Assembly (NCBI GenBank): GCA_963796275.1
Contig: CAWCKY010000001.1
Location: 224,001-288,000 of the forward strand
DNA from: an uncultured Acidobacteriota bacterium
GTDB taxonomy: Bacteria > Acidobacteriota > Blastocatellia > RBC074
Direction of reading: 5' to 3'
DNA length: 64,000 nt
In this document: in pieces, positions 53,676 to 62,861 of the stretch
Numbering within the stretch: the first letter of the stretch is position 1
Layout of the letters: every line of letters begins with the position of its first letter
The notes under the pieces: generated by a model
Told to the model about the DNA's origin: nothing
Seen by the model: only the letters and a program-made list of their open reading frames with translations
The model's database searches: none
Position numbers and translations under genes: made by a program

Positions 53676-54332
53676 TTAGAAACGGAACCCGAAACCGACA
53701 TTTAGTTGCAGGTTGTTGGAATTTATCCCATTAGAGACGCCTCCATCATTGCTCGGGAATAAACCTTTGAGGCGAATTATCGTATCGCCCAGGTCGAAAC
53801 GAACCATGGTGTTTCGCGATGGATAATATTCGAGCACACCGCCAATATCCATTGCGAAGGAGGTGTAGCCCCCGGCAATCTGGGAAAGCGGGTTCGGATT
53901 AAGATTGCCGTTGGGTAGAAATGCATCGATTCCGCCTTGCCCGGATCCGTTGAAACGCATAAATCCCGGTCGGAGTTTACCGCCGATCCCAAACTTATCT
54001 CCGCGCAGGAAGGTGTACTTGACCCCGAACAGCCCCTGTGTGCGGCTCTGACTATAATTCAAATCAGAGGTGCCTCCTCCGAGTGTCGGGACGGTGACGG
54101 ATAGATTTTTACCGAAATAACTGAATTCGCCCTCGGCGGCAATGGTGCTCGTGAGGTTATATGTAACGCGAAGGCCCATTCCCGGATCGGTCTCCTGTAA
54201 ATCTCGTAGCCTGAGTAAGGAGAATTGCGCGCCGACTTCCAGTTTCGGGATATCCGATTGGGCAAAAGCCAATGCCGTGGCGAATGACATCATGATGGTG
54301 ACAGATAGCATGCGAACGCAGTGTTTCAACAT
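53676..54332 (-). CDS. Outer-membrane beta-barrel protein
   Basis: Signal peptide, amphipathic strands, C-terminal GFGFRF. Confidence 0.8.
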   Translation of the reverse strand: MLKHCVRMLSVTIMMSFATALAFAQSDIPKLEVGAQFSLLRLRDLQETDPGMGLRVTYNLTSTIAAEGEFSYFGKNLSVTVPTLGGGTSDLNYSQSRTQGLFGVKYTFLRGDKFGIGGKLRPGFMRFNGSGQGGIDAFLPNGNLNPNPLSQIAGGYTSFAMDIGGVLEYYPSRNTMVRFDLGDTIIRLKGLFPSNDGGVSNGINSNNLQLNVGFGFRF

Positions 54333-54609
54333 ATATTAAATTTACCTCCGTGAGGGCGTCTCCGCGCTGATATCTCGACTATCTGGGCAGGGACGCATCG
54401 TTAGTGAAACGAACGTTAATGATGTGAAAAGAACCGCCTATGAAATAAGCTGAACCAGTGAGGGGCATGCGGTTCTTGGGCTAGGGGTGGGGCTCAGCAT
54501 AGCACAACTCTCATGCCACAGCTATGATCATGTCTGCTTTTTAATTATTCCATGAGGAGTCCGCTGTTCGTCGTCCGGGCATTCATGTTAGCTCCGAACC
54601 AGAGCACAG

Positions 54610-54637
54610 TTGCGGCTATCCCGCCGTGGGTTATAAT
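54610..54637 (+). promoter_or_regulatory. Putative sigma70 promoter of queD
   Basis: TTGCGG - 16 bp - TATAAT. Confidence 0.5.
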
Positions 54638-54670
54638 TTAAGTTCGCATAGATTTGGAGGAAAAGATTAA

Positions 54671-55051
54671 ATGCCAACCCGCGAAGTAATGATCCAGATG
54701 GATTTTTCATCCGCACACGCTCTGCGCGGATATCAGGGCAAGTGTGAAAATACGCACGGACACAATTATAAAGTGGAGGTCTACGTGCGCGGTAATGAGC
54801 TCAACACCATAGGGCTGCTGATCGATTTCAAGGATCTTAAGGCGGCGACCAGAGAAGTGGTTGATTATCTCGATCATAAAAATATCAACGATCTTCCGCC
54901 GTTCGATAAAGAACTCAATCCGTCGGCGGAGGAATTGGCCGGTTATTTCCTGCACGAAGTCGCGAGGCAGATTAACAACGGTCGCGTAGAAGTCTTCAAG
55001 GTGCGCGTGTGGGAGACGGATACTTGTGCGGCGACCTATTCAATCGACTGA
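54671..55051 (+). CDS. queD: 6-carboxy-5,6,7,8-tetrahydropterin synthase
   Basis: FSSAH, C...HGHNY, DF, LDH, NPSAE, WET. Confidence 0.92.
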   Translation: MPTREVMIQMDFSSAHALRGYQGKCENTHGHNYKVEVYVRGNELNTIGLLIDFKDLKAATREVVDYLDHKNINDLPPFDKELNPSAEELAGYFLHEVARQINNGRVEVFKVRVWETDTCAATYSID

Positions 55052-55080
55052 TCGCTGATTGGTCGAATGGAGTATTACCA

Positions 55081-55332
55081 ATGGCAGACAAAGAGACAGA
55101 CAATAATCCTTTTTGTTTTCTGATCGATTCATTCTGGGCTAGTCTACCTGAAAAGACCGCCGATCAACTGGCAACCTTCAAGAAAGACGTGCTCAAAGCG
55201 ATCAAAGAATCGGTCGACTCGTGCGTTGATCGGGAAATCAGGTGGACTGATCAGCACCTGGAAAACGCCCGTCGGATGCGCGAGCAATACCGGGAGAAGA
55301 GGTCTGAAGGGGCACCGCCGAATCCCGCCTGA
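55081..55332 (+). CDS. Hypothetical helical protein (83 aa)
   Basis: GGAG RBS before ATG 55081; fills the queD-thiO gap on the same strand. Confidence 0.6.
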   Translation: MADKETDNNPFCFLIDSFWASLPEKTADQLATFKKDVLKAIKESVDSCVDREIRWTDQHLENARRMREQYREKRSEGAPPNPA

Positions 55333-55357
55333 GTAATTCCGGCTGATCTATCTTTTA

Positions 55358-56536
55358 ATGACCGGATTCGTCGCACAATTTGACGCAGTCATCATCGGCG
55401 GCGGCGTTATCGGCTGCTCGATCGCGTGGAGGTTGGGCCAGGCCGGACTGCGCGTCGTCGTGGTCGAGCGCGGCAGCATAGGCAAGGAAGCCTCATGGGC
55501 GGCGGGAGGAATCTTGTCGCCATTAGCCGAAGCCGACAGCCCGGATGAGTTCTTCCAGTTATGTGCGGCAAGCCGTGCGCTGTATCCCGATTTTGCCAGC
55601 GAATTGCGCGGAGCATCAGGCCTGGATATCGAATACCGCACCGATGGCACAATCTACCTGGCGCTGACAAAAGAAGACGAGGAGGAGCTCGAGGTCCGCT
55701 GGCGGTGGCAGCACGAGATCGGGTTGAACGTGAAGCGTTTGAACGCTGCTTGCGTTCATAAACTTGAGCCGTCGGTCAGCGACCGGCTGCGCTGGGCACT
55801 GAAATTCCCGGACGACCATCAGATCGATAATCGGCGCTTGATAAAAGCGCTCGAAATCGCATGCAGAAGAGCCGGCGTAGCATTTTTAACGCACACCGAA
55901 GTAATCTCCCTATCGCTCGAGGGCCAGCACGTCCGGGGCGTCTTCACCCCTCATAACGAGTTGAAGGCGAAAACGGTCATCGTCGCTGCCGGGGCCTGGT
56001 CTTCGCTGATCGGAGCACGGAGAGATGAGCCCGAGTTCGCAAGATCTTTTTCCATCGAACCGATCCGCGGTCAAATGCTGGCGATCGAGATGGCCGATCG
56101 ACCTCTGAATCACATCGTCTACTCGCGGAGGGCGTATCTCATACCGCGCTACAGCGGATACGTAATCGCCGGATCGACGGTCGAAGAGGCGGGATACGAT
56201 GCGCGCGTGACAGCCGGGGGGATCGGCTCGATCATTCAACGGGCAATTGAAATCGCACCTCCGCTGGCCGATCGCGTAATAGTCGAGACCTGGGCCGGAT
56301 TAAGGCCGAAAGTGAATCGCGCGTGTTTTCGCGACGAATGGCCGGTGCTTGGTGAAGATGCGGTCATCAGCGGCCTGATATATGCGACCGGCCATTTTCG
56401 TAACGGCATACTGCTGACGCCTATCACCGCCGAAACGATAAGCGAGCTCGTTTTGCGAGGAGAGTCTTCGCAAAAGATCGCTCCTTTCAGCCCTCTAAGG
56501 TTTTATGCGCCGGAGGGCGAAAAACAGACCGACTAA
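55358..56536 (+). CDS. thiO: Glycine oxidase (FAD-dependent)
   Basis: GGGVIG, ASWAAGGIL, P.RGQ, YLIPR, GST.E, WAGLRP, ATGHFRNGILL.P. Confidence 0.85.
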   Translation: MTGFVAQFDAVIIGGGVIGCSIAWRLGQAGLRVVVVERGSIGKEASWAAGGILSPLAEADSPDEFFQLCAASRALYPDFASELRGASGLDIEYRTDGTIYLALTKEDEEELEVRWRWQHEIGLNVKRLNAACVHKLEPSVSDRLRWALKFPDDHQIDNRRLIKALEIACRRAGVAFLTHTEVISLSLEGQHVRGVFTPHNELKAKTVIVAAGAWSSLIGARRDEPEFARSFSIEPIRGQMLAIEMADRPLNHIVYSRRAYLIPRYSGYVIAGSTVEEAGYDARVTAGGIGSIIQRAIEIAPPLADRVIVETWAGLRPKVNRACFRDEWPVLGEDAVISGLIYATGHFRNGILLTPITAETISELVLRGESSQKIAPFSPLRFYAPEGEKQTD

Positions 56537-57091
56537 AGTCTTGGCGTCGCGTATCTGGCCGTTTCCGATCGACGCTTCAATCTCAGAGACGCTGAACCCC
56601 CTGATTTCATAGATTATCTCTCCGCTATCGAGATCCTGCTGGCGTTTAATCAGGTCTCGCGCGAAGAAGAGATGAATGAGTTCGTCGCTGCTGCCCGGCA
56701 TCGCGTAACATTCGCATATCTTCTCCCACCGCGCAGCCTCGTAACCTGTCTCCTCCGACAGCTCCCGCGCGGCGCACTGATCAGGAGATTCGATCGGAAC
56801 CATTCGCGAATTTTCCTCGCGCCCCTCGATTGTACCGGCCGGCAATTCCCAGAGAATCTCATTTGCGGCATAACGGTATTGATGCATCATCACTATATGT
56901 TCGTTATCGAGGAAAGGTACGATGACGCAAATTCCGGGATGTCGCAGAGTAGAGAGCGTCTGAGTCCGTCCGGTGGCGACGTTTAATATCGTCTCGCGGT
57001 TGACGAGCCAGCGTAGTTCCGTGCCGTGTTTCCCTTCTCTCAATTCGCGGTATTCAGTCTTGGTCTCCAACCATTTGAATTGATTGTTCAT
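56495..57091 (-). CDS. NUDIX hydrolase (ADP-ribose pyrophosphatase-like)
   Basis: HPG, QYRY, ELPAG, AARELSEETG, DAKT. Confidence 0.88.
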   Translation of the reverse strand: MNNQFKWLETKTEYRELREGKHGTELRWLVNRETILNVATGRTQTLSTLRHPGICVIVPFLDNEHIVMMHQYRYAANEILWELPAGTIEGREENSRMVPIESPDQCAARELSEETGYEAARWEKICECYAMPGSSDELIHLFFARDLIKRQQDLDSGEIIYEIRGFSVSEIEASIGNGQIRDAKTLVGLFFALRRIKP

Positions 57092-57208
57092 GCAAAACTC
57101 CCAGAAAAAGTTGATTTTAACGGGTTATTCGGACTGCTATGCGGTAAATGTCGATAAAATCCTGAAAAATCCTATCACTCCAAAAATTGACAAAGATGCA
57201 ATCCGGTG

Positions 57209-57237
57209 TTGACACATAGAATCTCATCCGTCAGAAT
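57209..57237 (+). promoter_or_regulatory. Putative sigma70 promoter for the riboswitch-lysC operon
   Basis: TTGACA - 17 bp - CAGAAT. Confidence 0.55.
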
Positions 57238-57273
57238 CACGATTCTTTTTAACCACGATCTTTATAGATTTGC

Positions 57274-57464
57274 AATCGAGTAGAGGCGCGGCTTTCAAGA
57301 GTAACTCATCCGACAGCGCGGATATCTGGGTGAAGATGAGCGAAAGGGAAGAGCCGCCGAAGCCAACGCGAACCTTCGCAATCGCGCTGGCTGGCCGTCA
57401 GGGCTAAATCCCTCAGGCTGTCATCGCTCACCCAACTTAATTGGGCGTTGGAGTGCTCTCGGTA
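57274..57464 (+). promoter_or_regulatory. Lysine riboswitch (L-box) aptamer
   Basis: Conserved AGAGGCGC, GAGTAA, GAAAGG, CGCCGAA, CTGTCA and GGAGTGCT in order; P1 CGAG/CTCG; upstream of lysC-dapB-dapA. Confidence 0.92.
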
Positions 57465-57517
57465 ACCGCAGTCATCATTTTAGCGCCAGGCGCTCCCGCC
57501 TGGTATGAAATAAAGGC

Positions 57518-57554
57518 ATGGGTTAGCAGGCATTCCGCTGCTAACCCATTTTTT
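57518..57554 (+). terminator. Riboswitch expression-platform terminator
   Basis: ATGGGTTAGCAG / CTGCTAACCCAT perfect 12-bp stem followed by a T-run. Confidence 0.88.
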
Positions 57555-57671
57555 CATGTGAGAGAAGAGTCGGGATTCTTATAGCGTGGTCAAGTATTTC
57601 GCAGCGACAGGGTTGGACAACGTGTCATACCCCGTGTGCGTTCGAAGCTATCCGTCGATAATTAAGGAAAG

Positions 57672-59085
57672 GTGAATGGAAAAATGATCGTCATGAAATT
57701 CGGCGGCTCCTCCGTAGAAGATGTATCCGCCATAAAACGCCTGGTCTCCGATGTTCGGACACAACTACACCGTCATCCGGTCGTTGTCGTTTCAGCCATG
57801 GGTAAGACGACAAATGGCCTTCTTGAATGCGCGCGGCTGGCAGCGGGAAAAGATTTACCAAAGGCGCTCTCCCGGCTCGAGTCGATCTCTGCGCATCACT
57901 TCAACACGGCGAAGGATCTGGCTCTGCCAGAAGATATAGATACATTGCGCGTGGCGTTGAGCCGTCGTTTTGATGAAGTCTGTCGGGTCATCAAGGAAAT
58001 CGGCGAAGAGGAGGAGTTAACTCCCAAGCTCTCCGACGCGCTGTCATCCAATGGCGAGTTGCTCTCCTCGCTCATCGTAGCTGCCGCTTTACGCGCTGAC
58101 GGGATGGGCGGAGTGTGGGTCGATATCCGACCTGCGATGCGGACAAGCGATGATTTCACGCGCGCGGCGGTACGCTTCGATACGGCGAATCCGACAATAA
58201 ATGAGGTTTTCCAGTTTGCCCGGACTGATGGCGCAGTTCCTGTCACACAAGGGTTCATCGGGTCAACCTCTGACGGTCTGACGACGACGATCGGACGCGG
58301 CGGCTCGGATTATTCGGCCTCGATCATTGGAGCGGCGCTCGATGCCGAAGAGATACAGATCTGGACCGATGTCGACGGTATCATGACGACGGACCCGCGA
58401 ATTGTGCCCGAGGCTGTCAAGGTGAAAGTCATTTCATTTGCTGAGGCTTCGGAATTGGCTTATTTCGGTGCGAAGGTTCTACATCCGAGCACCCTGCTCC
58501 CCGCGATGGCTAAGGACATTCCGGTCTGCGTCTGCAATTCGCGCCGTCCGGAGATACCTGGCACCGCCATCGTGCGGAAATCTCCGGCATCGCGCGCGTT
58601 AATCAAGGCCATCGCCTTCAAGCGTGGTATCAGCGTGGTCAACGTCGCATCGGATCGGCATGCTGATGTCGCACGGTTTTCTGGCCCGTCTGTTCGATGT
58701 CTTCAACAAACACGAAACATCGGTAGACATGGTCGCGACATCCGAGGTCAGCGTGTCGATGACGCTCGACGATACGCGCCATCTCGAACTGATCATCGCG
58801 GATTTGAGGGAGTTCGGCGAGGTTGTGGTAGAACGTGATCAGGCCCTCATTTGTCTGGTTGGAGAGAATCTGAAATTCACCCCGGGCGTTGCCGCGCGTA
58901 TCTTCTCGAGCATCGAACAGGTGAACGTATCGATGATCTCGCACGGCGCCTCCGCTATCAATGTCAGTTTCATTGTCAGCGATAAGGATACCGAACGAGC
59001 CGTCAAAGCGTTGCATAGTGAATTGTTCAGAGAGCTCGATGCCGAGACTTTCGAAGCGCCCGCGTCGATGATGGCCGGGGCGTAA
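57672..59085 (+). CDS. lysC: Lysine-sensitive aspartokinase, frameshift near 58659
   Basis: KFGGSS, VVSA, TQGFIG, TIGRGGSDYSA, WTDVDG...DPR, GAKVLHP and two ACT domains; one extra C in SDR|MLMSHGF. Confidence 0.92.
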
Positions 59086-59132
59086 TGGTGAACGAAACGG
59101 AACCATGCGTGATCTGCTGAGGAAAAAAAACG

Positions 59133-59825
59133 ATGAAGATAGCCATTGTCGGCTACGGCAAGATGGGGCGAATGATTGAGCGCATCGCTAGCGCGCGAGG
59201 AAACGAAGTCTCCGTGCGCTTCGATGTTGACAACAACATAGCCGGCGCAGGATTGACTGCCGAAACTCTGGCCGGGGTCGATGTGGCGCTTGAATTTTCG
59301 ACGCCCGAGACGGCGGTCGAAAACATTCGCCGGCTCGTCTCCCTGCGTGTTCCGGTCGTAGTCGGAACCACCGGCTGGTACTCGCGGCTCGACCAGGTCA
59401 GAGACATGGTTGGAAAAGCGAATAGCGCACTCGTTTATGGCGCCAACTTTTCCATTGGTATGAATATTTTCTTCAAAATCACCCAACAAGCGGCGGCGCT
59501 CTTTGCGCGGCATGACGAATATGCTCCGTTTCTATTCGAGCATCATCATCAGTTCAAAAAAGACGCGCCATCGGGCACCGCGCTTGTCATCTCAGGGCTG
59601 CTGCGCGAAAGTTATGGTGACGGAACTCCTGAAGCGGTAAGTCTTCGAGCGGGCTATGCGCCGGGCACGCATGAGGTCGGATTCGATTCGGAGGCGGATA
59701 CCATAACGCTCACGCACACTGCGCGCAGCCGCGAGGGGTTTGCTGCCGGCGCCCTGCTGGCGGCTGAAAAGATCATCGGAAAACGGGGAGTATACGAATT
59801 TTCCGAATTACTATTCGATAATTGA
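59133..59825 (+). CDS. dapB: 4-hydroxy-tetrahydrodipicolinate reductase
   Basis: GYGKMG, GTTG, NFSIG, EHHH..KKDAPSGTA, H.A.SR..FA.GA. Confidence 0.95.
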   Translation: MKIAIVGYGKMGRMIERIASARGNEVSVRFDVDNNIAGAGLTAETLAGVDVALEFSTPETAVENIRRLVSLRVPVVVGTTGWYSRLDQVRDMVGKANSALVYGANFSIGMNIFFKITQQAAALFARHDEYAPFLFEHHHQFKKDAPSGTALVISGLLRESYGDGTPEAVSLRAGYAPGTHEVGFDSEADTITLTHTARSREGFAAGALLAAEKIIGKRGVYEFSELLFDN

Positions 59826-59844
59826 ATTTGAAAGCAGAGGGACA

Positions 59845-60771
59845 ATGGCAAATTTAAATCGACTATCTAAAGTCATACGAGGGTGTGGCACTGCGCTGAT
59901 CACCCCGTTCAATCGCGACGAAGCAATCGATGAAAACGCGCTACGCCGACTGGTCGACTTTCAAATCGAGGGGGGCGTCGATTTTCTGGTCTCTTGCGGT
60001 ACGACCGGGGAAAGCGTCACGATGAGCGAAGATGAACAGGCGCGGGTAATAGAAATCACCATCGACGCGGCGGCGGGACGAGTCCCGGTAGTAGCCGGTG
60101 CAGGTGGATATAATACGCGCGAAGTGATCGAGAAGATCGGTCGTTTCACAGAGCTGGGGGCCGATGCGATTTTGTCGGTCACGCCTTACTACAATAAACC
60201 GACGCAGGAGGGGCTTTTCCAGCATTATCGTGCGATCGCCGAGGCCAGTTCGCTGCCGATCATCCTCTATAACGTGCCGGGAAGAACCGGCTGCAATCTT
60301 GAGCCGGCGACGGTCGAGCGCTTGTCACACTGGAAACCGATCCACGGGATCAAAGAAGCATCGGGCAATATCTCGCAGATCGCCGAAACCGCTTCGCTGG
60401 TCGATGAATCATTCAAGATTTTTGCGGGAGACGACAGCGTGGTTCTGCCGGTCGCGGCGCTCGGGGGAGTCGGCGTGGTCTCGGTAGCATCGAACCTGCT
60501 GCCGAAACTGGTGAGCGATCTCTGTCATGCATGCATCGAAGGCCGGTTCGCGGAGGCTCGTCAATTGAACCGCGAGCTCACCCCGATCTTCAAAGCGATG
60601 TTCATAGAGAGCAATCCGATCCCGGTTAAGGCTGCGCTGGCTATGATAGGAATGATCGAGGAGAATTATCGGTTGCCGCTCGTACCCATAAGCCCGGGAA
60701 ATCGCGATCGCCTGGTACAGGTGCTGGCCGAGAGCGGTGTTCTGGCGAAAGTCGCGAGTGAGGCGAAATAA
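59845..60771 (+). CDS. dapA: 4-hydroxy-tetrahydrodipicolinate synthase
   Basis: ALITPF, GTTGE, PYYNKP, YNVPGRT, GIKEA, NPIPVK. Confidence 0.96.
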   Translation: MANLNRLSKVIRGCGTALITPFNRDEAIDENALRRLVDFQIEGGVDFLVSCGTTGESVTMSEDEQARVIEITIDAAAGRVPVVAGAGGYNTREVIEKIGRFTELGADAILSVTPYYNKPTQEGLFQHYRAIAEASSLPIILYNVPGRTGCNLEPATVERLSHWKPIHGIKEASGNISQIAETASLVDESFKIFAGDDSVVLPVAALGGVGVVSVASNLLPKLVSDLCHACIEGRFAEARQLNRELTPIFKAMFIESNPIPVKAALAMIGMIEENYRLPLVPISPGNRDRLVQVLAESGVLAKVASEAK

Positions 60772-60870
60772 ACGCGCCGATCAGGAAGATCTTCATTACA
60801 AAAGCGCTGAAGGAAAGGGCGATATCCTATTGTGTTTTTATCTTTTGTAATCTTGTGGTGAATCAATCAT

Positions 60871-62058
60871 TCAGAGGCAGGCTTCGAAAAGCCCCGCAGC
60901 GCCTTGCCCTCCGCCGATGCACATCGTCACGACGCCATACTTCGCCTTGCGCCGAACCATCTCATTGGCCAATGTGCCCACCATCCTCGAGCCTGTCATC
61001 CCGAACGGATGGCCGATCGAGATCGAGCCGCCATTGACGTTGAGCTTCTCCGGATCGATACCCAGCCGGTCGCGGCAATAGATGACCTGTACCGCGAAGG
61101 CCTCGTTCAGCTCCCATAAATCTATGTCGTCGATCTTCAGTCCATGCCGATTGAGCAGCTTGGGAACGGCGAAAACGGGCCCGATGCCCATTTCGTCGGG
61201 CTCGCATCCGGCGACAGCAAATCCGCGAAAGATCAGTTTCGGTTTAATACCAAGCTTCTCGGCTCGTTCGAGCGACAGCATCAATGTGGCCGAAGCTCCG
61301 TCGGAGAGTTGCGATGAATTGCCCGCAGTCACCGTCCCCTGTCCGCTGTTGGGATCGAAGTGCGGTTTCAAGGCGAGTAATCCCGCCAGCGTGGTATCCG
61401 GGCGATTGCATTCGTCCTTCTCGAGTAAATATTCCTCGTTCCCAGTGATCTCGCCGGTCTTTTTGTCTACGATTCCGCGAGCGACTTGCATCGGCGCTAT
61501 CTCTTGCTCGAAAAACCCCTCGGCCTGGGCGTGCGCCGTGCGTTGCTGGCTGGCGAGCGCGTACTCGTCCTGGGCCTCGCGGCTGATGCGATAGCGCTTG
61601 GCCACAACTTCGGCAGTCTCGCCCATCACCATATAAATACCGGGATAATGCTCCTGCACCCAGGGATTGGGCTTATTGTTGCGCTCCATCATGGTGATGC
61701 TTTCCACTCCCCCGCCGATCGCCGCATCGGCGCCGCCAATAATGATCTGGTGCGCCGCCATCGCGATCGCCTGCAGACCGGAAGAGCAGAAACGGTTGAC
61801 CGTGGTTCCCGCGACGGTGACCGGCAGCCCCGCCAGCAGCGATGCGATGCGCGCGACGTTCGAGCCTTGTACGCCAGCCGGATAGCCGCAGCCGATAATC
61901 ACGTCTTCGATCTCCTCACGGACGAGTTCCGGAGTCTTGCGGAATACGTCTTTTAAACAATGCGCGAGTTGATTATCGGGGCGAGTCAGATTGAATGATC
62001 CGCGGAATGACTTGGCAAGCGCTGTGCGCGAACTGGCGACAACTACTGCTTCTTTCAT
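60871..62058 (-). CDS. Acetyl-CoA C-acyltransferase (thiolase)
   Basis: NRFCSSG, NEAFA, GHPFG, MCIGGG. Confidence 0.95.
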   Translation of the reverse strand: MKEAVVVASSRTALAKSFRGSFNLTRPDNQLAHCLKDVFRKTPELVREEIEDVIIGCGYPAGVQGSNVARIASLLAGLPVTVAGTTVNRFCSSGLQAIAMAAHQIIIGGADAAIGGGVESITMMERNNKPNPWVQEHYPGIYMVMGETAEVVAKRYRISREAQDEYALASQQRTAHAQAEGFFEQEIAPMQVARGIVDKKTGEITGNEEYLLEKDECNRPDTTLAGLLALKPHFDPNSGQGTVTAGNSSQLSDGASATLMLSLERAEKLGIKPKLIFRGFAVAGCEPDEMGIGPVFAVPKLLNRHGLKIDDIDLWELNEAFAVQVIYCRDRLGIDPEKLNVNGGSISIGHPFGMTGSRMVGTLANEMVRRKAKYGVVTMCIGGGQGAAGLFEACL

Positions 62059-62138
62059 GTCTACTCATCTTTCACAATTTTGACCGGAATCGGTCAGATT
62101 TGATTTCACTGCAGAAAATGGGCGATCTCAATGGACGA

Positions 62139-62780
62139 TCAGCTCAATTTCCGATTAAACCGACTGCGGCTGCGTAAATGTTCAACAACTTCCGCCGGAG
62201 CTTTGCCTGGCGAACCGGCATCGAAAGGCGGTTGCGGATCGTACTCTATTCCGAGTTGAATTGCCTGAGCGGTGCGCTCACCGCATTCGCGCGCAACCAG
62301 CGTTAACGCCATATCGATGCCCGCAGAAACTCCGGCAGATGTAATTATCTTGCCCTCGATCACGATTCGCTCCGCCACCGGCTCTGCGCCAAGCGAACGC
62401 AGTACATCATAGGCCAGCCAGTGACTCGTGGCTTTCAATCCTTTGAGCAAACCGGCTGCGCCCAATATCAATGAGCCGGTGCAGACCGATGCAGTCCAGC
62501 GCGACGTTTCGTGCGACCGCCTTATCCAGCTCAGCACATATTCGTCATCCATGAGGGCATCCTGACCCGGCCCGCCTGGAACGACTATGATGTCTGGGCG
62601 CAGAACCTGATCGATACAGAACTCGGCCACGAGCGCAAGGCTGCCGATATCGGTGCGTTTTGGCCCCGGTTCTCTCGCCGCGAATTTCACAGTGGCGTTG
62701 GGAATACGGCTCAGCACTTCGTACGGGCCGACTGCGTCAAGCGCGGTCAACCGGTCGAAGAGCAGGATGGCGATCTCCAT
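62139..62780 (-). CDS. DJ-1/PfpI family protein (isonitrile hydratase-like)
   Basis: LDAVGPYEVL, PGG, SVCTG, TSAGVSAGID, EYDPQPPF.AGSP. Confidence 0.85.
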   Translation of the reverse strand: MEIAILLFDRLTALDAVGPYEVLSRIPNATVKFAAREPGPKRTDIGSLALVAEFCIDQVLRPDIIVVPGGPGQDALMDDEYVLSWIRRSHETSRWTASVCTGSLILGAAGLLKGLKATSHWLAYDVLRSLGAEPVAERIVIEGKIITSAGVSAGIDMALTLVARECGERTAQAIQLGIEYDPQPPFDAGSPGKAPAEVVEHLRSRSRFNRKLS

Positions 62781-62861
62781 GGAGCCTCCTGTATGAATCT
62801 TGAGAATGCGGGGCAAATTACAAACCAGACGAAAACCATTCGTACCGATTGTATATTTTCC

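Noticed and set aside
54504-54518. Sigma54 promoter (minus strand TGGCATGAGAGTTGT) for the beta-barrel gene
   Set aside because: The -12 element is GT rather than the near-invariant GC; too weak to call.
54540-54670. preQ1 riboswitch upstream of queD
   Set aside because: No preQ1 stem-loop with A-rich tail seen; a plain sigma70 promoter explains the region.
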